A stretch of 64,000 nucleotides of DNA from Mobula hypostoma (Eukaryota), in the NCBI RefSeq assembly GCF_963921235.1, contig NC_086097.1:244406001-244470000 (forward strand), written 5' to 3'. The notes under the pieces are model-generated. The model had not been told where the DNA came from. It worked only from the letters and a program-made list of their open reading frames with translations, and ran no database searches. The translations under genes and the position numbers were made by a program. How positions within the stretch are numbered: the stretch's first letter is position 1; every line of letters starts with the position of its first letter. Shown here piece by piece: positions 51,971 to 62,195 of this stretch.

Positions 51971-52760
51971 TCGGTAACCGGTCGGTGTCCCCTCACCCGG
52001 CGCCTCGCTACCTTGCTCTCCCGTTGGCTGAGTGTGGACACCGGGGATCCGGACCCCCGCCCGCCCGATACCTCCTCGCCGTCGCCGCCGCCACCGCCAG
52101 CCGGCGGCCCCTCCGTCACCGTCCCGCTGCTCGCCATCGCCGGCGACGTGTCCGTGTCCGCGTCCGTCCCGGGAGCGGGTCAACCAGCCCCCCTCACCCC
52201 CCGGCCGTGGGGCGAACGGCAGGGCAGCGCCGAGAAGCCCTGGGCAGCGGAGGCAGCGACCGGGCGATCAACGCTGGCAGGGGAGGGTGGCAACAGGGCA
52301 GCAGACTCTGCCGCTGATCAAATGCTAGTAACAAATATCCTGCCGTCCGCCGTCCTCACTCCGCCGCTGAGTCTCGATGAAAGTGGACCTACACCTGTAG
52401 GCAGCGGCAATGATTCAGTAAAGTTTGTAGTGGGGTGCCGTATCTTCTCTTAGACACAGTCCCCTCTGCCGCCCGGGGCTACGTGCTCTCGCAATCCTGA
52501 TCATCTCTTAGCCCGTTCGAATCAAAGCAAAGACAAATGAGGGGAAAAAATAAACGTACAAATTAAAAAAAAGAAATCATGATACATTTGTAGGTTGGCA
52601 GCGTATGATAGCGTTTCTAGCCTATCATTTGATAGGCGCGATAGCTTGGCACGCCCGCAAAACCAAGCGGTTTAATTTGTCTATTTTCATTTCACATCTG
52701 TGGTGGTGTTTTTTTTTCCAGAACTTTCTGCTCCTCAACGCCGCTGTTGACACCAGGGAG
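51960..52760 (-). promoter_or_regulatory. CpG island / STAC promoter and 5'UTR
   Basis: The only long CpG-dense, non-repeat tract in the window; it overlaps and lies upstream of the exon 1 ATG. The TSS is not determinable from sequence. Confidence 0.75.
52012..52137 (-). CDS. STAC: STAC (STAC1) coding exon 1, 42 aa MASSGTVTEG...SPVSTLSQRESK
   Basis: ATG in good Kozak context (ggcgATGG) inside a CpG island. Ends ESK followed by donor AAG|GTAGCG in phase 0. The S-P-x-S-T-x-S-Q-x-E-S-K ending resembles vertebrate STAC exon 1 as recalled (SPASTSSQESK) and joins exon 2 in frame (ESK|LQKLKRSL). Confidence 0.8.
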
Positions 52761-53049
52761 CAAAAGTAACTATTCTCAAGAGTTGTTTCCACCATGGACA
52801 CTTTTTTGGATCCGGGGCATCTCATTGCGAGCCTGTTGAATGTAATTGTTAGATGTGATTTGTCAGTAGTTTCACTGTCACGATATCAAACGATTACCGG
52901 GATGGTGGTGGAGTCAGGATGAGATTTATCACTGACGAATGTCGTGACATGTGTCTAACTATATGCATAATCTCTTGTGCCCTTAAATGTGCTGTTTTGT
53001 AGCAGCAGTACAGGGCAAAGCAATAATATATACTATAAATTACAGTGAG

Positions 53050-53945
53050 TTCAAAGTAAATTTATTATCAAACAAAGTGTATGTCAGCAGATTCATTTTC
53101 TTTGGGCATACTCAATACATCTGTAGAATAATAAGCATAAATCAGAATCAATGGAAGAACTCCCAACTATGGTGTTCAACCAGAGTGCAAAAGACTACAA
53201 ACTGTGCAAATCCAAAAAGAAAGAACTAATAATAATCAATAAATAAATAATCAATAAATATTGAGAAAATGAGATAACAAGTAGGTGAAAGTGAGTCCAT
53301 GGGTTGTGGAAACATTTCCAATGATGCTGCAAGTGATTTTATCCCCTTTGGTTCAGGAGCCTGATGGTTGAGGGGTAATGACTGCTCCTGAACCTGGTGG
53401 TGTGAATAGAACATAGGCCGTTGTGCTGACCCTTAAACCCTGCCTCCCATATAACCCCCCACCTTAATAGAATCCTGAGGTTCCTGGACCACTGGACCAC
53501 CTTCTGATGGCAGAAATGAGAAGAGAGCATGTCCTAGGCAGTGGGGGTCCCCAATGATGGATGTTGCTCTCCTGTGACAATGCTTCGTGTAGGTGTGCTC
53601 AATGGTGGGGAGGGCTTTACCAGTGATGGCCTGAGCTGTATCCATTACTTTTTGTAGGATTTTCCGTTCAAGGGCGTTGGTGTTTCCATACCAGGTTGTG
53701 ATGCAGCCGGTCAATATACTCTCCACCACACACCTATAGAAGTTTGTCAAACTTTTAGATATTATGCTGAATCTTCACAAGCTCCATGAGGCCTGCCGTG
53801 CTTTCTTCATAATTGCACTTAAGTGCCTGACCCAGGGCAGGTCTTCCAAAATAACGACAGCAAGGATTTTAAAGTTGCTAACCCTCTGCAATGGTGATCT
53901 TCCAATGAGGACTGGCTCATGGACCTCTGGCTTCCTTCTCCTGAA
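53050..53945 (-). mobile_element. Rex1 3' fragments
   Basis: NFYRCVVESILTGCITTWYG motif and a Rex-type tail. Confidence 0.75.
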
Positions 53946-54155
53946 ATGAATAATATATATAAAAACATCAAATAAGTAATGCAAAAAGAGAGCAAAAATA
54001 ATGTAGTGTTTATGGAGTAGTTCTCTATTCAGAAATCTAATGGCGGGGGGGGTGGGAAAGAAGTTCCTAACACATTGAGTGTGGGTCTTCTGGCTCCTGT
54101 GTCTCCCCTCTGATGATAGTAACGAAAACAGGGCATGTCCTGGGTGATGAGGTCC

Positions 54156-55401
54156 TGTCATGGTCCGATCCGTGAAATCCACATTCCAGTTCACAGTCCG
54201 GTCCGTGATCCGTATTCCAGGTTTTCTGGTTTTCCATTGTTCTGTTGGGTGCTCTAATTAAGGCTCATGATTCTCGTTTGGGCAGACACATAAATACCTC
54301 CGGAGACCAGGGCTTGGCTGCTGGATTATTCCTGTCTAAACCCCCTGTCTGAATCCCTTCTCCGCCCTTTCCTTCTGAAGCTTGCCTCCATTGCTGTCAA
54401 GTTCAATTGCTGGAGCAGGATAAGGAACTGTCTATTGTTGTTTTGAACTGTTTCTGTGTCCATGCCTTCACTAGGTAGATCTGGCTGTTTGCCACTACCT
54501 AGTGTTGAGAACTGTCTCTTTGTGCTCTTGCCTCTGCTGTGTAGACAAGAGGAATTCTGCAGATGCTGGAAATTCAAGCAACACACATCAAAGCTGCTGG
54601 TGAATGCAGCAGGCCAGGCAGCATCTCTAGGAAGAGGTGCAGTCAATGTTTCAGGCTGAGACCCTTTGTCAGGACTACTCTGCTGGGTAGGTCTGGCTGT
54701 TTGCTGCTACCTTGAGTGGAGATCTGTCTCTCAGTATTCTGTGTACGAGTCCTGGCCCTATGTCCTGTTTCCAAGGAGGGGTCCTGGCTCTGTGTTCCAT
54801 GTTCCTGTCTCCCTCGACCACGTCAAGGCTTTGTGTTCTCATCCGGTCCTTGTGCCTCATCTAGTCCAAGTCATGTCTGAGTACCTTGTCTAGACCAAGT
54901 CAAGGCTTCGTGTTCTTGTTCTGTCCAAGTACCTCACCCAGCCCGGTGCTGGGGTTCCCTTGTCCTGTGCTGGCGTTACCTCGTCCTGTCCAAGTCAAGG
55001 CTTTGTGTTCTTGTCCTGTCCATGTGCCTCGTCCTGTGCAGGAGTTCCACGTCCTGTTCTGTAGCCACGTCCTGTCCTTGCCAAGATCCTAGTCCAGAGT
55101 CCTAGCTTAGACCTGGGTTCCAGTTCTGAGTCAAGACCCAGGTTCTGGGTCCTTGTCCAGGCTCTGGTTCTGGAGTTCTGTGTCACTAGTCCAGGCTCCT
55201 TGTTCCTAGTTCCTTGTCTGGGTTCTGTGTTCCTTGTCCATGTCCTAGCCCAGGCCCTGCATCCTAGTCTCGTCCAGGGCCTGTGGCAATGTCCAGCGTC
55301 CTTTCTTCCCCACTTCCCTTGCTTAACTCTCGTCCTAGTCCAGTTCCTAGTACGTCAGTGTCTATGTCTTGCATTTGGGTCCGCTTCCACCCTTTATGAT
55401 G
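54156..55401 (+). mobile_element. Probable solo LTR with internal degenerate tandem repeats, containing a PLE insertion (54545-54677)
   Basis: Termini TGTCAT...ATGATG (decayed ATGACA) with 5-bp TSD ggtcc splitting a Rex1 sequence, and TATA-like cataaata. The PLE insert has TSD ctctgctgKgtag. Confidence 0.6.
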
Positions 55402-56114
55402 GGTCCTAAATGAAGGATACAGCCTTTTTGAGCATTGCCTTTTGAAGATGAAGTCGCTGGTGTGGAGGCTCGTCCCCATGATGGATCTGACTGAATTTGC
55501 AACTTTCTGCAGCTTGTCCCAATCCTGTGCAGTCACCCCTCCATACCAGATAGTGATGCAACCAATTAGAATGCTCTCCACAGTACACCTGGAGATTATG
55601 AATGTAGATTTATAAATAATAAAGATAAATCAATTGTGAAAAAATGAATGACTGTGGTTCACGGCCGTTTAGAAATCAGATGGTGGAGGGGAAGAAGCTG
55701 CTCTTCAACCGTTAAGTGTGGATCTTTGGACTCCTGTACCTCCTCCCCAATGGTAGTAATGAGAAGAGGGCATGTCCCAGAAGATCAGCAGACCAAGATG
55801 AAAAGGCAGGACCTGAAATATCAGCTGTTTCATCATCCACAGATGTTGCTTGAGCTGCTGAGTGTATCTGGTATCGAGAGGTTCATTGTGTATATTTTAG
55901 CCCCTTCTATGTCAATCACATTATGGGTGGGATCCTTTCCTCTTCTTAGAACCCCCTCCTCTGATTAATGTTAACTAGGTAATACATTATCTTTGTAACC
56001 AAAGAAAAAAGCAGAAAAATGGGAAAACAATATCCATAAACCCCTGTAACATGACCTCATTAATGTTTTCCACTGTTTATTTAATTTTGTAACTTATTGA
56101 CGTTTCTATGTCTT

Positions 56115-56295
56115 GCATTGTCATCATCATCAGGTGCCATGCCCAGTCTGAGCTTTGACTGCCATGGCCCACACACTCTTTTTTCGGGTCAAGTGGATCA
56201 ATTCATTGGTATTCATTTCCAGTTCTCCGGCTGCTGTCTCCATCATCATTTGTCTTTGCCTTCCTCTTGCTTTTTTCCCTTCAATCACTGCCATA
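56115..56295 (-). mobile_element. RTE LINE 3' end
   Basis: IEGKKARGRQR...WAMAVKAQTGHGT* followed by (TGA)n. Confidence 0.7.
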
Positions 56296-57927
56296 AAACA
56301 ACAAAATTTAGAGAAAGTGCTGAGGAGGTTTACCAGCATGCTGCCTGGATTAGAGAGCATGTCTCATGGGGAGAGGTTGAGCGAGCTAGGGCTTTTCTCT
56401 TTGAAGGGAATGAGGACGAGAGGGGGCTTGCGAACTGCCCAGCACAGTTCTCGCTGGTTTAATTTGACACAAATTATACACTTCAATGTGTGTTTTGATG
56501 TATGTGTGACAAATAAAGCTAAGCTCTCTTTCTTTCATAGTGGTGTACAGGACAATAAGAGGCATGGATCGAGTGGAAAGCCAGAAACTTATTCCCAGGG
56601 TGGAAGTGGCTCATACAAAGGGGCAAAAATTTTAAGGTGATTGGAAGAAAATATAGGGGGGATGTCAGAGGTATTTTTTTTACACAGAGTGGTGGGTGCA
56701 TGGAATGCTCTGTGAGGGGTGGTGGGTGAGGCTGATATATGAGGGACGTTTAAGAGACTCAGGCACACGGATGATAGAAAAATGGAGGTGAGGTAAGGGT
56801 TTGGTTGATCTTAGGGTTGGTTAAAAGGTTGGCACAGCATTGCTGGCTGAAGGGCCTATATTGTTCTCTACATTTCTCAGTTCTCTGTTTATATCATACT
56901 GTATTTCAGTGATACTATCTGATTCTGAGTTTTCCAGTGAAGATGATAGGGTGAATCAACTTTCAAGAAGTTTTTAAGCAGACAGAGGATTAAGATGAGA
57001 TAAAACGGATGAAAATGAAAACAAGGTCGGGATAGTAAGGATAAGCAAGAAAGAAGATTCTGTTTTTATTTTTTTTATTGATCACACGTGCATCGAAACC
57101 TGCAGTGAAATGTGTCATTTGCTTTAACAACCAGCACATCCAAGGATGTGTACGGATGGCCCGCAAGTATCGCCACACATTCCACAAGGATAACGTATTC
57201 ACAATGTTCGACAGAACAGCACAAACAGCAAGAACTGCGCACAACAACAGCAAAACAAGCAACACGCACGAAACGCCGGAGGAACTCAGCAGGTCAGGCA
57301 GCATCTATGGAAAAAGAATCAATGTTTCAAGCTGAAACCCTTCATCGGGACCCCTCTTCAACCTCCCACACAACCATCCTCTCGCTCACATACAGGCAGT
57401 CCTCCAACCTGAGCTCCAATCCTTGGGCCCAGACTTGCAGAGACCGGGCCTGCAGGTTTGCACTTTGCCCCAGGACTCGCCAGTCATGGGTTTGACCTTC
57501 AGGTATTGACATCCAGACCTCCAAAGGGATTTACATTTGCAGAATTATTCATTAGCTCATTAAATGTTAATCAATGTAGGACACAGGAGAGACTGCAGGT
57601 TCTGGAATGGTTCAACACGCACGAGGTGCCAGAGGAGCTCAGCAGCTCAGGCAGCATCTGTGGAGGGAAACGAACAGTCGACATTTTGGGTTGAGACCCT
57701 TCATCAAGAAGACACATACTTCTTGCAAGATGCCTCTGGTGAACCATGGGGACATGTTGTGGGCAGCTTACAAAATGTTAAAGTATCCTTCTGAATTACT
57801 CTCACTGCAATCTGCCGCCTGGAACTTCCCTTTAAGTAACAGACCTTTTAAACGTCTTAATGATCTAATGACTTCACAATCTTCTGAAGGACTTAACTCT
57901 CAAGCATGCAGGTTTTATTATTTTATT

Positions 57928-58559
57928 TGTAACGCCCTGGTTCACATCTTTACTGTTATGCTGTGGGTATTTCATTTAGCCGCTCTGTACGAGCTGCTGT
58001 TCTGCTGTCAGCCTGTTTGGGCTACTGTTGAAGATAAGGGATGGTGTAGAATGTGTGCCATCCAATTAGCTCAGTGAGGGACACTCAGGTTGGGCTTGGG
58101 GCTTGTGCTCGAGAGGAGATGAAGAGAGAGATGCTGGGGAGAACCGGTCATAGCATACGGTCCGGTGGGAGACCCATTGTTCGAGATGGATTGCGAGCAA
58201 CATTCGGAAGATGGCGTGTGCTTTCACGTTGACCGAGGGCCCAGCGCGTGAGTGACAGAGAAGTTCAAGATCAGTTCCAACCTGTGTACATTTGACTGTT
58301 TAATTAGAATGGGCCCTTTTCTTTTTGTTATTCTTTACTAACCCTTCAGTTAACATTCATAAATATATTTCCTTTAATCGTATGCAGTGTATTGTCTGTT
58401 TTTTTATGGTACTAATTTGTAACAGGGTAGCAAATGGCCCAGCATCCACACAAACCAAGGTTTGGGGTGGGATTGAGTGCGCCTCAGTCTCACAAGTTTG
58501 GTGGGGCTGGAAATTGACTTCCCCAGACTTATGCAGCCGAGGAAACCAAAGTGGTTTCA
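57928..58559 (+). mobile_element. Solo LTR (632 bp), Gypsy-like
   Basis: TGTAAC...GTTTCA termini with 4-bp TSD TATT. Confidence 0.75.
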
Positions 58560-59894
58560 TATTTATTCATTTACGGGATGTGGGCGTCGCCAGCTAAACC
58601 AGAACTTTGCCCATTCCTAGTTGCCCTTGAGAAGGTGGTGATGAGCGGTCTTCTTGAACCACTGCAGTCCCTGAGGTGTAGGTACACCCACAGTGCTGAT
58701 AGGGAGTGAATTCCATGATTTTGATTGAAGGAATGGTGATGTGTTTCCAAGCCGGGATGGTGAGTGACTTAGAGAGGGATTTACAAGTGATACAGCACCT
58801 TTAAGAGAACAAAGGTATATCTCCTTGGTTAAAATGCTGGGCTATGAAACCTCCTCCACCCAGCATCTTGTCAGCAAATGTACAGTTGCTGGGGAACAAG
58901 ATTGAGGACCTAAGGGCAAGATTGCTGTATCAAAGAGAGATGAGGAATTGCTGTGTTCTGTGTTCATGGAGACATGGCTCATTCTGGACACAACAGAAAT
59001 GTTAGAATGACCCAACAGCTTCTTGATATACCAAACAAAACGGACAGCTGGTTTGGAGAACGCAAAAGGTGAGGGTCAGTGTTTCATGATAAGCCCATTG
59101 TGGTGCCTGGGTGGGGCAGTCTTGTCACACTGTTGATCCTCTAACCTGGAACATCCAATAATTAAGTGCTGACCATTCTACTTACCATGAGAGTGATCCT
59201 GACCGCAGTTTACATACTGCCAAAGGCCAAAGTTAAACAGGCACACTGAGGAACTGAGTACCACCATCAACAAACAAGAAACAGCCTACCCTGATGTCTC
59301 TCAAATCATTGTTGGGGATTTCACTCAGGCTTGTTTGAAGAAATCGTTGCCCAATTATCATCGACATATGATAAGGTAGAAGTTAATTGTTTCCTGATCG
59401 TTCAGGGCATCAAGGGATATGGTGAGGAGGCAAGTGTATGGTGTTGAGTGGAATCCAGAATCAGCCATGATGGAATGGCAGAGCAAACTCGATGGGCTAA
59501 ATAGCCTAATGCTGCTCCTATATCTTATGGTCTTGTATCACCTGCAGCATGAGGGGGCCCCAACAACCTCCATCACTGTTATACCACGATCAGAAATGCC
59601 TACTGCTCCATCCCTAGACCACATTTCAGGAAATCTGATTGCTTGGTTGTCTTCCTTCTACCTGCATATGGTCAGAAGCTAAAGAGCAAGGCTCCGGAGA
59701 TTAGGACAACAAAGAGGTGGTTGCAGGAGGCAGAGGAGCGGCTATGGAATTGCTTCGAGTTGGTAGACTGGGCCGTGTTCAAGGACTAATCAGAGGATCT
59801 GAATGACTACACTACAGTTGTCTCAGATGTTATAAAAACGGTTGCAGACGAGTGTGTTCCCACAACATCATCCCGAGTCTTCCCCAACCAGAAG

Positions 59895-60578
59895 CATAGA
59901 AACATAGAAAATAGGTGCAGGAGTAGGCCATTCGGCCCTTCGAGCCTGCACCGCCATTCAGTATGATCATGGCTGATCATCCAACTCAGAACCCTGTACC
60001 TGCCTTCTCTCCATACCCCTGATCCCTTTAGCCACAAGGGCCATATCTAACTCCCTCTTAAATATAGCCAATGAACTGGCCTCAACTGTTTCCTGTGGCA
60101 GAGAATTCCACAGATTCACCACTCTCTGTGTGAAAAAGTTTTTCCTCAACTCGGTCCTAAAAGGCTTCCCCTTTATCCTTAAACTGTGACCCCTCGTTCT
60201 GGACTTCCCCAACATCGGGAACAATCTTCCTGCATTTAGCCTGTCCAATCCCTTTAGAATTTTACATGTTTCAATAAGATCCCCTTCAATCTTCTAAATT
60301 CCAGAGAGTATAAGCCTAGTCGATCCAGTCTTTCTTCATATGAAAGTCCTGCCATCCCAGGAATCAATCTGGTGAACCTCCTTTGTACTCCCTCTATGGC
60401 AAGGATGTCTTTCCTCAGATTAGGGGACCAAAACTGCACACAATACTCCAGGTGTGGTCTCACCAAGGCCTTGTACAACTGCAGTAGAACCTCCCTGCTC
60501 CTGTACTCGAATCCTCTCGCTATAAATGCCAGCATACCATTCGCCTTTTTCACCGCCTGCTGTACCTGCATGCCCACT
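59895..60578 (-). mobile_element. Young CR1 3' fragment
   Basis: LYKALVRPHLEYCVQFWSP...FFTQRVVNLWNSLP with one frameshift and a (TTCTATGT) tail. Confidence 0.9.
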
Positions 60579-61060
60579 TGAGCCCTGGATGAACCATGAG
60601 ATCCACAGTCTGCTCAGAGCCTGTCGGCGGCATTCAGGTTTGGCAACCAAGAAAAATACAAGAAGTCCGAATACGACCTCCGGAAAGCCATCCCACGGGT
60701 GAAGTGGCAATTCCGGACCAAACGTGAATCACTGAAGGAAGCTCCAGCTGTGGCAGGGCTTGAATGCTATCACCTCCTGCTGAGTGAAACCAAGCAACAT
60801 AGAAGTCAACAAGGCTTCACTCCCAGATGGGTTCAATGCCCTTTAGGCTCACTTTTACCTTCAAACCATGTAGGAACCTTCGCAAGCTTCCGCAGCCCCT
60901 GATGACCCAGTCTCAGAGGCCAATGTAAGAGCATCCTTCAGGAGGGTGAACCCATGGAAAGCATCCGGCCCAGGCGGTACCTGGCCAAGTACTAAAGACC
61001 TGAGCTGATCAACTGGCTGGCGTGTTCACTAATATCTTTAACCCCTCGTTCGGCAGTCTG

Positions 61061-62195
61061 GTTCCGCTTTGGTCGCCGGCTGTTTGACCATGGTTTTCGG
61101 TCGGGCGCCAGACGCTCGGAGAGATTCGGCGGGCGGGGGCGGGCGGTTGGCCGGGGACCATGGTCGAGTGGTCGACGAGTTGGGCCAGCTCCCCCACCAG
61201 ACTTAGTCTGGTGAGGAGGGTGTGAGGACACCCAGCAGGGCGGTGCCAAGGCCGCCAGCGGGAACAAGCTGGAGGAGAAGCTCCTACACATGCCCTTACA
61301 CTTCCTCCCTTACCACCATTCAGGGCCCCAAACAGTCCTTCCAGGTGAGGCATCACTTCACCTGTGAGTCGACTGGGGTGATATACTGCGTCCGGTGCTC
61401 CCGATGTGGCCTTTTATATATTGGTGAGACCCGACGCAGACTGGGAGACCGCTTTGCTGAACATCTACGCTCTGTCCGCCAGAGAAAGCAGGATCTCCCA
61501 GTGGCCACACATTTTAATTCCACATCCCATTCCCATTCTGACATGTCTATCCACGGCCTCCTCTACTGTAAAGATGAAGCCACACTCAGGTTGGAGGAAC
61601 AACACCTTATATTCCGTCTGGGTAGCCTCCAACCTGATGGCATGAACATTGACTTCTCTAACTTCCGCTAGGCCCCACCTCCCCCTCGTACCCCAGCTGT
61701 TACTCATTTTTATGCACACATTCTTTCTCTCACTCTCCTTTTTCTCCCTCTGTCCCTCTGAATATACCTCTTGCCCATCCTCTGGGTCACCCCCCCCCGT
61801 CTTTCTTCCCGGACCTCCTGTCCCATGATCCTCTCGTATCCCCTTTTGCCTATCACCTGTCCAGCTCTCAGCTCTATCCCTCCCCCTCCTGTCTTCTCCT
61901 ATCATTTTGCATCTCCCCCTCCCCCTCCAGCTTTCAAATCCCTTACTCACTCTTCCTTCAGTTAGTCCTGACGAAGGGTCTCGGCCTGAGACGTCGATTG
62001 CGCCTCTTCCTATAGATGCTGCCTGGCCTGCTGCGTTCACCAGCAACTTTGATGTGTGTTGCTTGAATTTCCAGCATCTGCAGAATTCCTGTTGTTTGGA
62101 GGAGAAGCTGTACTCGGTGCTGTCACAAGATCAAAGAAGATGGAGGTGCATAGCCGCCAACCCGGGATTCGGGACGGCACCCACTGACTGACTCA
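61061..62195 (+). mobile_element. GC-rich short retroposon (~310 bp without its PLE insert) with an RTE-like 3' end
   Basis: 8-bp TSD gcagtctg (61053-61060 / 62196-62203), 3' peptide QDQRRWRCIAANP and a (CTGA)n tail. Confidence 0.65.
61283..62096 (+). mobile_element. Young 5'-truncated Penelope-like element with open GIY-YIG endonuclease frame (to 61671)
   Basis: CxxC..FTCESTGVIYCVRCSRCGLLYIGETRRRLGDRFAEH..VATHF..P.GMN, with 13-bp TSD tggaggagaagct (61270-61282 / 62097-62109). Confidence 0.92.

Larger units (their letters stand above)
14223..52011 (-). other. STAC: STAC intron 1 (~37.8 kb), almost entirely transposon-derived
   Basis: GT..AG boundaries between the two exons above, with matching phase. 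Confidence 0.75.

Noticed and set aside
51173..52453. Pro/Ser/Gly-rich ORFs on both strands around the CpG island
   Set aside because: Expected by-products of GC-rich low-complexity DNA. Only the minus-strand ATG at 52137 has splice and homology support.
52782..52801. RFX X-box-like motif in the promoter
   Set aside because: Spacing and half-sites do not fit the palindromic consensus well enough.
61465..62046. 193-aa minus-strand ORF and similar ORFs at 31.4, 33.3 and 37.1 kb
   Set aside because: Antisense readings of the purine-rich PLE 3' repeat, repeated only because the element is repeated.
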